A stretch of DNA of 64,000 bases, taken from positions 77,066,001-77,130,000 of the forward strand of contig OX597827.1 of NCBI GenBank assembly GCA_951406725.2, given 5' to 3'. Of this stretch, positions 25,102 through 38,312 are shown one piece after another. How positions within the stretch are numbered: the first letter of the stretch is position 1; each line of letters starts with the position of its first letter. The translations under genes and the position numbers were made by a program. The notes beneath the pieces were generated by a model. That model saw only the letters and a list, made by a program, of their open reading frames with translations, had not been told where the DNA came from and did not search any database. The DNA comes from Octopus vulgaris. Taxonomy: Eukaryota.

Positions 25102-25531
25102 GATCAAGCTTAAAATTTACAAATAGGTTTCTCTATTTTTTTTTTTTTTTTTTTTATCGTATGGGATGAAGTAGTGAAAACTGAGCTCAAGAGGCTGAAC
25201 CTCACAAGTTACTGTGACAGCTGGCAACAACATGAAGAAAACCCACTCTCCCTCAGAAAGAACATTAACAAGGGGAGCTTTGATGGCTGAGATACTCCTG
25301 CTTTTTTTTTTCTCAGTGCTCCTCCCATAATGCTTTCACTGCTTTTATCTTCTCCCTCCATCTCTACACTCTCCTCTCCCCCACCAAGCCCTTGAGGCAT
25401 TCATCAACTGCTCCCCCCCCCCCTTCATTTTTCTCATGCTGTCCTCTCTTCGCAGCTTCCCCCCCACCTGGGGTACTTTCTCTGCCATCACACTCTTCTC
25501 CCCCCACCCCACCCACCTGTATGGTACCCCC

Positions 25532-25747
25532 GAAATGTTAGCATGCCGGGCGAAATGCTTAGCTGTATTTCGTCTGCCGTTACGTTCTGAGTTCAAATTC
25601 CGCCGAGGTCAACTTTGCCTTTCATCCTTTCGGGGCCGATTAAATAAGTACCAGTTACGCACTGGGATCGATATAATCGCCTTAATCCGTTTGTCTGTCC
25701 TTGTTTGTCCTCTCTGTGTTTAGCCCCTTGTGGATAGTAAAGAAATA
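25532..25747 (+). mobile_element. SINE B, 5'-truncated
   Basis: Family match; TSD GGTACCCCC on both sides. Confidence 0.8.
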
Positions 25748-27102
25748 GGTACCCCCTAGCTTGCTCTTCCTGCACTCATTGCTCTCCATTTGCCTCTGCT
25801 CCATCTCCTCTCCCTGTCCTCTCCCCAAGTGAAGGCACATGGCTTAGTAGTCAGGGTATTCAGCTCACAATCGTAAACTCATGAGTTCAATCCCTAGCAG
25901 CAAGTTGAATCACCAAGCAAGATGCTATATTTCACATTGGTCCAGTCTACTCGGCTGGCAAAAAATGCGTCCTGCTTGTAATTCAAAAAGCCAGCCTTGT
26001 CACTCTTTCTCTTTCCAGATACTCACCACACCCATCTACCTGTGTCTCCCCCTCCCCTGTACTTGTTCATACCCTTATGATGTGGGGTGGCTCCTGTTTC
26101 CCCTACATAGCCTATCCTATAACCCTTATAGCTCTGTCTCTTTCTTTCTCACTAATCTCTTTCCTGCCCTCTCTCCTCTCCTTACTCCCCCTCCTGTAGT
26201 CTCTATTCTGTTACTCTCTCCACTACCACCCTCTTACAGCTATCAGTCTCCTCTCTTCACACTTTACCCCTTCACATCAGCACACACACACTCTCTCTCT
26301 CTCTCCCTCCCCCTCTCTAGTACTCTCCTCCTTAGGCCCTCAGTCTTACAAGTCTCAAGGCCACCTCACTGGTGCTGGTGCCACAAGAAAAACTCTGTGA
26401 GCTGGTTGACATTATGAAGGGCATCCAGCCATAGAAACCAATGCCAGCGCAGACATTGGAAGAAGACATTGTCCTTCTGATTCATCACATCCTGTCAGGC
26501 TGTCCAGCCCAAGCCAACATGAGCCACTCCCGCCTCTTCATTTGGCATTAAATTATGATGATGATGATGATGATGATATAAAGGAATATGTGTATGTGTG
26601 TGTATATGCGCATTTGTATACATATATATATATATGTGTGTGTGTGTATAAAGATATGTATGTATACATATATACACCAGTGTATATATGAGTGTTGGAT
26701 AGTTAGGAAGTGGTGTTGAAAGCCTTTTATATTGTGTTTATTCCAACATCACGCCACCAGCGCCGCCACCATCTCTTCCCCCCCCCAGCCCGCCTACTTC
26801 AGTGCAACCATGGCGACCACCCCTCCACTTCTGTCATTACCACCACCACCACCTCCACCACTCCAACCACCTCCTTCATATCACTCCATCATCATCATCA
26901 TCATCATCATGACTACCAGTCTGAAGGCCACCCCATCCCCCACTCCCATGAAACCACCGTTCCCCCCCCCATCTCCCTCACTTGCCATATCTTCCATCAT
27001 TACTAACTTTCCCCACTACCCCCCACACTCTGGCGCGCGCGCGCGTATGTGTGTGTGTATACACATATCTGTATATATGTGTGTGTATATATATATGCGT
27101 GA

Positions 27103-27154
<52 letters not shown>

Positions 27155-27889
27155 ATATATATTTATATATATGTGTGTGTGTATATATATGTGTATATAT
27201 ATATTTATATATATATTCTGTGTGTACACATACACACATATATAACTATACACACACACACATACAAACTAGATATACATGTACACATATATAGCTACAC
27301 ACACACACACACACACACATACTAGAATCACCACTACTACTACTACTGCCATTGCTGCTGCTGCTGCTACCTTCTCTTCACAGCGCATCTCCTCCCACTA
27401 CCGTTACCTCCTCCCCTTGCCACAGCTGCTTACATGACACGCCCTCCCCCACCCTGTTCCCTCAACCAGATTTTTCTCCCCACCCCACCCCCACCACCCA
27501 CCCTGTATCGCCTGCCACCTTCTTTCCCCCCTTCCGCCGCCACCCCTGTTCCTATGGCCAACATCCTCCACCGCCACCACCACCACCACCACCACCACCG
27601 GTTCTCCATGCTACCAGCATACACACCCTAACCACCCACACCACCTTCGTTCCACTCCTCCTCCTCCTCCTCCACCCCTGTTTCCCCCCCTACCGTTGTA
27701 TACTAAGACCACCGTCGCCGCCACCGCCGCCTCCTTGACTAACTGTGTTGTTTTGTTTAAATCCTGGGAGAGGAGATGGTGGGGATGTGTATGTGTGTGT
27801 GTGCGTATGGTTGAGTGAGTGGGTATACACTGTGGGTCGGGAGGGGAGATATAGGCCTGTCCGGGGGGGGGGGGGGGAAGGGGGTACAT

Positions 27890-28012
27890 GCGTGTATGTA
27901 TGTATACACACACATTAGTATATATATATATGTGTGTAAATATATATATCTGCATATGTGTGTATATATATATATATCTGTATATATATGTGTGTGTGTA
28001 TATATATATATA

Positions 28013-28043
<31 letters not shown>

Positions 28044-28108
28044 GTGTGTGTGTGTATATATATATATGTGTGTGTATATATATGTGTGTGTATATATATA
28101 TGTGTGTG

Positions 28109-28195
<87 letters not shown>

Positions 28196-28209
28196 CTTCA
28201 TATATATGC

Positions 28210-28243
<34 letters not shown>

Positions 28244-28257
28244 CTTCATATATATGC

Positions 28258-28296
<39 letters not shown>

Positions 28297-28311
28297 TATA
28301 TATATATTTGG

Positions 28312-28342
<31 letters not shown>

Positions 28343-28355
28343 ATATATATATATT
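27890..28355. repeat. (TA)n/(TG)n compound microsatellite (similar tracts at 27040-27320 and 35580-35950)
   Basis: Direct reading. Confidence 0.95.
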
Positions 28356-30060
28356 AATGTGTGGTGGAGGTGGTGGGAGATGATGTATGTGTGTGTATGG
28401 TGGGTGTAGAAATGTGTTGGTGTGTGTGTGTGTGTGTGATAGTGGCAGAGATGTTTGTTGTGGTGATGATGATGATGCATGTGTGTGGGTGTGTATAGTA
28501 GAAGAAGTGTGTATGTGTGAATAGAGGTCTTTGTAGTTAGTCTGGGTGAATAGTTGGCTGCTGGTGTTGGCGGCGGCGGCGTGGTGGCGGGGATTGTGGC
28601 GATGGCGGCACCGGTGGTGATGTTCTGGAAAATATTACAGTTGTTGTTGTTGTTGGTGGTCGTGGTGATGGTGGTGATGTATTAGCAAGTGAAAGGTATT
28701 GGTGGTGGTAGTTGAAGTGGTGTGCTTGGAAAGATTGTTGAAGGTAGTTGTGATGGTAGTAGTAATGGTTGTAGTAGTGGCAAGGGTAGATAGTGGCTGT
28801 GATGATGCATGTAGAAGTAATGGTATAAGTAGTAGTAGTGGTGGTGGAAGTAGTTGATGTGGTGTACTGGAGATGGTGGTAGCGATGGTGGTAGTAGTCA
28901 TGGTTAATGGTTGCAGTTGTGGTGTAAGATTGATGGTGGTGATGGTGGTGGTAGTAGTAAGAGCAGTTCCCAGTTTTGATGATGTATGTGAAGGGGAAGG
29001 AGGTGGTGGTGATGGTAGTTTGTGATGTTTGTATTTCAATGGTGTGACCATCCCATCTTTTATATTGAGGACAAAACCAATATTGTCCACTGTCTGGAGG
29101 GAATTTGGTTGCTATTTCTAGATGTTGCACTAAACAGTTCAAAACTTAGTATACTGGTGTAATTTCTCACACTGAACACGGTTAACTTTCAATATTTTTG
29201 ACAAAATTTCATATTTTAGAAATTATTTCATGTTAAAGTCGTCGTGTTTGGGTAATTTTAACCAATCAACGATGTGCATTCGGCTGAAGAAACCTATTGC
29301 TGTTTGCGAAAGTAATCAAAGAGCAACAACTTCCGGATCATCTCTACTAAAATGTAAAGAACTCGCTGATTAATCCACACATGGTCAAAAAATACATTTA
29401 GTAGAGATGATCTGGAAGTCATTGCTCGATTGACTGGAAAATGTAGGGAATGACCTTCACAGTGATATCTTCATCAGAGCCACACATACATATATATATA
29501 AGTATACATGTGTATGTATATATATATACGATAGGCTTTGCTTAGACCTGTGGTCAAGAAGTTCACTTTTCTCATTTCGGCAATTGCCTTTTACAAAAGA
29601 CCAACACTGACCAAATGCCTTGTGAGGAAATTTGGTGGACACAGACTGGAAAAAAACCCTGTCATAAGTGTATCATCATCATCATCATAACATCCACTCT
29701 TCCATGCTTGTTTAGGTCAGACAGAATTGGATGAGGCATAGTTCAGTAGTGGCTGGATGCCCTTCCTGTTGCCCACCCTCCAACCATATAACAACATATC
29801 TGCTTTTCTTGGACTTTCTTCTCCATCTCACCAGACCATTTCCTCTTTCTGATGAAAAGCCATGCTTGGAATGTCACCCTCCCCTCCTTTTTCCGTCTTA
29901 AACTTCCTTCGAATGTCAACTTAATACATCTTCAGTGCACAGCCTTTTGGCTTTTGTTGTTTTTCCTATTTTTGTTTTTATTATTGATTTGCCTATGTTC
30001 TTTTCGTTTTTGGATTTGGTTTGCAAGATTCTTTATATGAGTTCGTGTGTTGAAGCATAT

Positions 30061-30266
30061 TCTGTTGTGTCTGGGGAGAGTCATTTTCTTTTTGTGCCTT
30101 ATAATATAACACACTCACCGGTAAAATTTCCACTTTTTTCTTATTTTTATTTTCCTAAAACGAAAATTTTAGGAAAATAAAAATAAGGAAAAAGTGGAAA
30201 TTTTACCGGTGAGTGTGTTACATTATAAGGCACAAAAAGAAAATGACTCTCCCCAGACACAACAGA
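30061..30266. repeat. Near-perfect inverted repeat: 100-bp arms, 6-nt loop
   Basis: 30061-30160 versus 30167-30266; two mismatches counted by eye. Confidence 0.95.
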
Positions 30267-30368
30267 CTATATTCTTTTAATTTTTTTTATTTGTTTCAGT
30301 CATTTGACTGCAGCCATTGCTAGCTACTAAACCTTTTTTTTTAATTTTCTCTTCATTTATTTCTGTTC

Positions 30369-30411
30369 TTTTCTGTCGAAGAACGAAGAGCATATGCTCG
30401 AAACATAAAAG
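30369..30411 (+). ncRNA. Hammerhead-like motif variant
   Basis: CTGTCGAA[GAACGAA]GAGC ATAT GCTC-GAAA-CATA-AAAG; same family as 7682. Confidence 0.45.
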
Positions 30412-30489
30412 ACTTTCTCACTTCCCAAGCCTTAAACTAATACATCTGTTTGTTGTTATTTCCTTTCATCAGCACAGAATAACTGTTTG

Positions 30490-31590
30490 GCGAGAGGTGA
30501 ATATTTTTATTAAGATAATTATTATCGTACACAGAAGGGACAAAACAGGACAATACAAACAATTATTGTTATAATCAGTTCGAATGAAACTTGAATTAAA
30601 AAAATTTAGGATGATATATAATTTGACTTTTTTAGGGTAAAACTTGATGGGCTGAAGGACCCAGCGACTACACCTTTTTCCTTTTCCATGAAGATTAAGC
30701 AGGGTCACTTGCACCCACCTTTCTTACCACAGCCTTCCATCTTTTGTCAAACACACCTCATGACAGTCGTCTCCTCTCCAGATGATGTCTGAAAATAGTG
30801 AGCAATCCAGGGCCAGAGATGAGGGTTCCCGTCACGAGTCCTTGCAGTCTAGTCTTCCAAACACACTCTTTCAACACTGCTACTGTAAGGAAAAAACATG
30901 CCTCACCTTCCTTCGAGAGTCCAGTGGACGGCACGGTCTTTATTATAGATTCAGCTGATAGCTGTTCTCTGCCTAGGTGCGACAACACGTGTTCAACGTA
31001 CACTATCAAGCCTGAAAGCTTCCGACTGTCTACAAAAGTGTGCTGGACATTTTCATCGTCCAGCCCACATCTTGGACTTGTCGATGGCACTGCCATTTTG
31101 TGCCTGGGTAACTTATCATGAACAAGTAAAGCGTTCTTGTAGCACTGCCAGGTCAGGGATTTTTGGTAATTATCCAAATACTCTGGCCCAAAATTCTTTG
31201 GGAACAGGTTGGTACGTTGGTTCTCATCGAACCCCAAAGCCCCTCTTTAAACTCTACCAGCCCTCTATAAAAAACCAAGGTGGTATTCCCATTGCCAGCC
31301 TTGCCCTTCTTGTGGATCAGCACGAGTGCCTGTTGACACTCCTTTTGCCATTCTGTCAGATTGCGTCTTTTAATAAAACCGGGTTTGAATCTCTCCAAAG
31401 AGAAGAATTCCTCTGCCAGCGGATTCCACACCTTGTCACCCTCCAGGTAGCGCCAGAGATGTCTCAGCCACAGCGCATGTTTGTGCATCATTAGCCAGGG
31501 CATCCTTAACCCACCCTTGAGCAGTTCCTGGCAGCAGACAGAGTGCCTTACAAGTGGTTTCGTCCCTTCCACAAAAAGCGGAAAAGGAGG
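30490..31590 (-). mobile_element. L1/Tx1-clade LINE 3' fragment, frameshifted
   Basis: FRFLWKG, KGGL, WLRHLWRYL and a degenerate zf-RVT/CCHC region (WQCYKNALLVHDKL..SPRC..ENVQHTF); AATAAA near 30506-30511 on -. Confidence 0.75.
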
Positions 31591-32310
31591 CTAGATAGAT
31601 AGATAAATGGATGGATAGATAGATATACAGACAGACAGACAGATAGATAGATAGATGAAGAGATTATCCTACATGTGGCATGTGATCTGTAGAGACCCTT
31701 ACTGCTAGAAAAGGGGACAGTGAATGATGATGATGATGAATGTTAGCTGAGATTGATCAAATACACAGTAAGAAGTGTTACCTTGATTAGACCAGTTTCT
31801 TATCCAGGAGCGATCTATCCCCTCCTCAATTTAAAACCAGAAAGCAGGCCAATGAAGGGATTTCTATATGATCATCTGCTCTGCTAGAAATAACAACTAA
31901 ATCTGCCTCTAATCACAGCTTACTATGTCAAAGATGGTACAAATTAGATAAGGTAGTGGTAGACATAGCCATAAAAAGGGGTTGATGGCCTGACTGATGA
32001 TACCGGCCGGTGGTCAGTATTGTCAACCTAGGGTTAAACAAGACCAATAATAGCCATGAACCTTGAGCTAAGTACTGGTCATTTAAGTTGGTGGTGAAGG
32101 AAGGTGGGGTGGCTGCTGGTGATGAGGAAGATGAGGGTTGAAGTGGTGGTCATAGCAATGATGGCCAAAGGAGGTGAGAAATGATGATGGTGGTAGTGGT
32201 GGTGGTGGTGGTTGTTAAAGTGGTAGTCACAGAAGTGGTGGAGCTGCAGTTCTCATGGTTGAAGTGGTGCTGGCAATAGGGCTGGTGTGTAGGTGTGGTA
32301 GTGCTTGTGG

Positions 32311-32342
<32 letters not shown>

Positions 32343-34257
32343 GTGACATTGGTGGTGGCTGAATTGATGATGAGGGAGTGTCCATCCATTAATTGTAGAA
32401 GATGAGGTGACTGAGAGTGGCAGATGGTCAAATTGATAGTAGAGAGAGAGAGAGAGAGAGAGGAGGGGAGGGGGAAGTGGACAGTCAATTGCAGTGGGGG
32501 TGGGGATGGGGTATCGTGGGTGGCAACAGCAGTTTGTGTTTTGCCACCATTGCAGCAATGACCATGGTCAAGATGACCAGATGACCAAGAACACTTCCTT
32601 CCTTCCTAACAGCTCAGGCCACCTAGCTGTAAGTACCACAGGGTGTCATTGTAACTGGAACCATTTCCTCCTACACCTTGCCCCTTCAGCCAGTTTCCTC
32701 TGGGGTGGTGCCTTTTTGATGAGGAGCCCCAAGAGGGGATTCCTGGGTTATTTGACAACAGACTCCCACCCCACCATACCTCCGGTCCTGTCGAGTCACA
32801 GTTTCTAATATCGCCAGGATATGCTCAAACAGGAAGAACCAACCAAACTTTTATCCTTAAATTGTGTCAGTCATTAATTAGACTGTGGCCATGCTGGGGC
32901 ACCTCTTTCAAGCTTTTAATCAAATGAATTGGACTCCAGTACTTACTTTTAAGTCAAGTATCCATTCTGCCGATTTCCTTTGCTGAACTGCTATGTTACA
33001 TGGGATGTAAACAAACCAACATTGGATGTAAAGTAGTGATGGGAGATGCACAAATGCAAAGACACACATACACATACACGCACAAGCATTATGGGCTTCC
33101 ACACAGTTTCCATGTACCAAATTCACTCACGAGTCATTGATTGGCCTGGGGCTATAAGTAGAAGACGCTTACCCAAGGTGCCATGCATTGGGACTGAACC
33201 GGCACCCCCATGGTTGTAAAGTGGGCTTCTTAACCACACAGCCATGCTTGCATCTATACATAAGAAAGTAACATGATGATTGCCTTCACTTCACCAGGCT
33301 GTAGGGGTTATCTCTAAACATAGGGAGGCTAGGGTCAGCAGTGGTGCTTCTAAAAGGTAGGGATTTAATGTGTGTCTTGGTGTAAGATTCACAGACCCCC
33401 AGAAAGGCTCATGAATAGCTGATCCCCTCCCACCAAATTCAGTAGAAAAGAATCCCCTTGCATTCTAAGATGAGCTCTACCCCCAGGGCCCCAAAAGCAG
33501 TTTATTCTGCCTTGTGGTCCCTAGTAGCCACCAAATTCCAAAGCAGATTCTTTTATTCTTTTACTTGATTCAGTAATTTGATTGCGGCCATGCTGGAGCA
33601 CCACGTTTAGTCGGACAAATCGACCGCAGGACTTATTCTTTGTAAGCCTAGTTTCAAGGGGGTGCTACAAACCTAGCAATATGTGTTCCATAGTGGAAAC
33701 AAAATATCCACTCAAATGGTAATTACCGGACGATTTCTGTTTGAGTCCAACCGTTTTAAGTCGTAGTGGAAATGCGACCAATGTCACAAAGAGGTATTTG
33801 AGTGTTGTATAAATTTCATAATTGAAAAATTTACTATATTTCGTACATACAAGTATATCAGTCTGTGGGTGGGGGTTTCCCCACCCCTGTTCTATATATG
33901 ACTGCAACATCCTAATAACAGGTTCAAATTTTGACACAAGGCCAGCAACATCGGGATGGGGTGTGGGGGGGGTAGGTCAATTACATCAACCCTAGTATTC
34001 AACTGGTATTTAATTTATTGACCCCCAAAAGGATAGAAAGCAAATTTGACCTCAGTGGAATTTAAACTCAGAATGTAAAGCTGGATGAAAAATGCCGCTA
34101 AGCATTTTGCCCTGCAGGCTAACGATTCTGCCCGCTCGCTACCTTTAACACCCTAGTAACAACAACATGAATATCTTCCCTGCTCAGCCTTTGAACAATA
34201 CCAAAAACAGCCACAGAAAGATGGACAACCTCCATAACCTGCCCAACCCTCAATATT

Positions 34258-34690
34258 CTTTTGTACTTTAGGCATAAGGCCTGAAATTTTGGGGGAGGGG
34301 GCTAGTCAATTAGATCAACCCCTGTACGCAACTGGTACTTAATTTATCGACCCCAAAAGAATGAAAGGCAAAGTTGACCTTGGCGGAACTTGAACTCAGA
34401 ACATTATGACTGATGAAACACCGCTAAGCATTTTGCCTGGCATGCTAACGTTTCTTATTTCTTTATTGCCCACAAGCAGCTAAACATAGAGGGGGCAAAC
34501 AAGGACAGACAAAGGGATTAAGTCGATAACATCGACCCCAGTGCATAACTGGTATTCAATTTATCGACCCCAAAAGGATGAAAGGCAGAGTTGACCTTGG
34601 CGGAATTTGAACTCAGAACGTAACAGCAGATGAAATACAACTAAAGGTTTTACCCGGTGTGCTAACGATTCTGCCACCTCGCTGCCTTAC
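34258..34690 (-). mobile_element. SINE B, dimeric (another copy at 33921-34145)
   Basis: Body repeated twice; flanking duplication CCCA[A/G]CCCTCAATATT. Confidence 0.75.
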
Positions 34691-35858
34691 CCCAGCCCTC
34701 AATATTGCGCTGGGATGTGCACTGCTGCCAGTGAAGCTTTTAGCTTTTACTTGTTTCAGTCATCAGAGTGTGGCCAAGCTGGAGTACTGACTTCAAGAAT
34801 TTTTAACCAAACTTCACTCACAGTTTCTAAGCTTGGCACTTATTCCGTTGATATCTTTTACTGAACCGCTAAGTTACAGGAATGTAAACAGGCTGTTCTA
34901 TTGGTCAAATCAGCTGGAATACTCATCCTGGTAAACCGATGGAGAGCCAGGCCCTGTAGGCAAGTATAGTGGTTTAACACCGTGGTGGTTGAGGAGATGG
35001 TGGTGGGTATACCAGTTTAACATGGTGTCGATGGTGGAGGTATAATATAGTTTAGTACGGAGGGGGGTGTACTGGTTTAATACGACTGTGGCGGTGGAGG
35101 TGGTGTTGGTGGTGGGAAGTGGTTAACCATGGCAGTCGCCGCAGCGGTGGTGGTGGTTGCGGCTGTACTAGTTGAATGTGTTTAAGAATGGGGGTGTTGT
35201 GGTTTAGCGTAGGAGGGCAGCGAGGTTCAGTACGATGGTGGTGGTAGTTGTGAGGGTGTATGTGGGGATAGGGTGGGCATGTTGAACTCGTGATGAGCAG
35301 GAGTGGGGAATGGTTTAGGGCTTCGCGGCGCGTATGTGTGTGTGTGTATTAGTTAGTCACCTCAACCTTACCTCTTCGAAGTGGAAGGAGCTGACAAAGA
35401 GGGAGAGAAGAATCCGGCTGCTCTTACTAGCTGCTGCTATGTCCGGAATGTTGTTGTCCTGGCCTGTAAGATAACCACCACACCCACTGGGTATGTCGCC
35501 AACTGACAGAGTGCAGACGGACAGACAGACAGACAGACGGACATGCGTTGGAGATAGACGCAGGCGTATCTTATAAATATATATAGTGTGTGTATATATA
35601 TATATATATGTGTGTGTGTATGTGTATATGTATGTATGTATGTGTGTGTGTATGTATATATGTGTGTGTGTGTATGTATGTATATATATGTGTGTATGTA
35701 TGTATATATATGTGTGTATGTATGTATATATATGTGTGTGTGTATGTATGTATATATGTGTGTGTATGTATGTATATATGTGTGTGTGTGTATGTATATA
35801 TATGTGTGTGTATATATATGTGTGTGTGTGTATATATATATATATATGTATGTATATA

Positions 35859-35905
<47 letters not shown>

Positions 35906-36185
35906 ATATGTGTGTGTGTGTGTATATATATATATGTATGTATGTATATATGGTGGTGCTCTAGTATGATCGCAGCCGCATGGCTGAAACGAATAAAAGA
36001 GTATATATACACACACATACACAGATAAATGTGTGCCAGGACGTTTAATTACGGGTGGGACTAGTGAAACGATGTCTTAAGGGTGGTTAGCTTATTACTA
36101 ATTTATACATCATTTCTAATAATCAGATACACACAGACACACACATCTCTTTCTCTCTCTCTCTCACTCTCTCTCTATATATATA

Positions 36186-37390
36186 TGGTTCCGGGTTCAG
36201 TCCCACTGCGTGGCACCTTGGGCAAGTGTCTTCTACTATAGCCTCGGTCCGACCAAAGCCTTGTGAGTGGATTTGGTAGACGGAAACTAAACGAAGCCCG
36301 TCGTATATATGTATATATATACGCGTGTGTGTTTGTGTGTCTGTGTTTGTCCCCCTAGAATTGCTTGACAACCGATGGTGGTGTGTTTACGTCCCCGTTA
36401 CTTAGCGGTTCGGCAAAAGAGACCGATAGAATAAGTACTGGACTTACAAAAGAATAAGTCCCGGGGTCGAGTTGCTCGATTAAAGGCGGTGCTCCAGCAT
36501 GGCCGCAGTCAAATGACTGAAACAAGTAAAAGAGTAAAGAGTATATGTATATATAAAATAGCTATCGCTCAATCGGAATTTGAGAGGTCCAGGGTCCGAT
36601 TCTCTACAGCTAGCCGCTTTTATTCTCAGACGTGGGGTTGTGTCGTAAGAATCTGGCTTCCCAACGGCACGGCTCTGGGTTCAATCGATTGCGTGGTACC
36701 TTGGGCAAGCGTCCTTTACTAATAATCTCAGACTGACCAAAGCCTTCTTAGTGGATTTGGGAGACGGAAACCGAAAGAAACTTGTTTCCCCCCCCCCACC
36801 ACCACCACCACCATTGCTTCACAGCCGGTGTTGCTGTGCTTACGTCCCCATAACCTAGCAATTCGGCAAAAGAGCCGACCGATAGAATAAGTACGAGGCT
36901 TGAAAAAAAAATATGGACTAAAAATTCTTCAAAGAAGTGCCCCAGTATGGCCGCAGTCTAAACCAAAAAAAGAATATATATAGGCGCGGGAGTGGCTGTG
37001 TGGTAAGTAGCTTGCTAACCAACCACATGGTTCCGGGTTCAGTCCCACTGCGTGGCATCTTGGGCAAGTGTCTTCTGCTATAGCCCCGGGCCGACCAATG
37101 CCTTGTGAGTGGATTTGGTAGACGGAAACTGAAAGAAGCCTATCGTATATATGTATATATATATATATATGTATGTGTGTGTATGTGTTTGTGTGTCTGT
37201 GTTTGTCTCCCTAGCATTACTTGACAACTGATGCTGGTGTGTTTACGTCCCCGTCACTTAGCGGTTCGGCAAAAGAGACCGATAGAATAAGTACTGGGCT
37301 TACAAAGAATAAGTCCCGGGGTCGATTTGCTCGACTAAAGGCGGTGCTCCAGCAAGGCCGCAGTCAAATGACTGAAACAAGCAAAAGAGC
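36186..37390 (+). mobile_element. Cluster of three SINE A copies (36186-36540, ~36630-36960, 36981-37390)
   Basis: Mutual alignment; the last copy is full length and rich in intact CpG. Confidence 0.85.
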
Positions 37391-37974
37391 CAAGAGCATA
37401 TACACATAAGCGCGTATATTAGATTATTCTTCAAATTTGTGTACGCTTCGCGTATGTTGCCAGTAGTTATGAAGTCCGCCATAAACATAGAAAAATATAG
37501 TGAACAGCCCAACCATTTGTTATACAGCCCTACATATAGATAAATAGATAAAATTTATGTATACATTCTGTTTAAAGCCTGTAATGGGCCGTAGAAAGGT
37601 CAGTAGGTTAGATGAGCAATGCTGCATAGATCCATGCTGGGGTCAAATGTCACGTGTACTTTGTTTAAGCTTGTACCTACATGCGCCTACACACACACAC
37701 GCTTACACACATTTATATATATAGTGATAGCTAAAAGAATCCATGGATCCAAGTGTAGGAATAATTTATGCAGCTAGTTAGAGACGACAAAAGGTGGACA
37801 ATATGCAGTAAAACAAGTTTATTAACATCGCAAGTTACACACTTTGTCCCATATTGAAATTAAAGGAATTTCGTTAAACAGATGGTCACCATACAACTCA
37901 TGGCTTAGCGACTAAATTTACAAAAATGCGAATAAAATTTTTTAAATGTATCACATCCATTCCTTTTCTATCTA

Positions 37975-38076
<102 letters not shown>

Positions 38077-38091
38077 CCCTATATATATATA

Positions 38092-38312
38092 ATATAGAGG
38101 GCACTATTACACATAGATGCCTCACGCTAGGAGGGAGTCTTAAAGTCAAAACTACTAAAATAAATAGACAAATTATTGTACCGAAACAGTTCTGTTTTTA
38201 AATTACCTGCTTCGAGAATTGTTTCGGTACGATGTGTTTATTTATATTAGTAGTTTTGACTTTAAGAGTCCCTCCTAGCGTGAGGCATCTATGTGTAATA
38301 ATGCCTTCTATA
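38092..38312. repeat. Foldback element with ~100-bp imperfect arms
   Basis: TATTACACATAGATGCCTCACGCTAGGAGGGA..GTACCGAAACA is mirrored by TGTTTCGGTAC..TCCCTCCTAGCGTGAGGCATCTATGTGTAATA. Confidence 0.9.
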
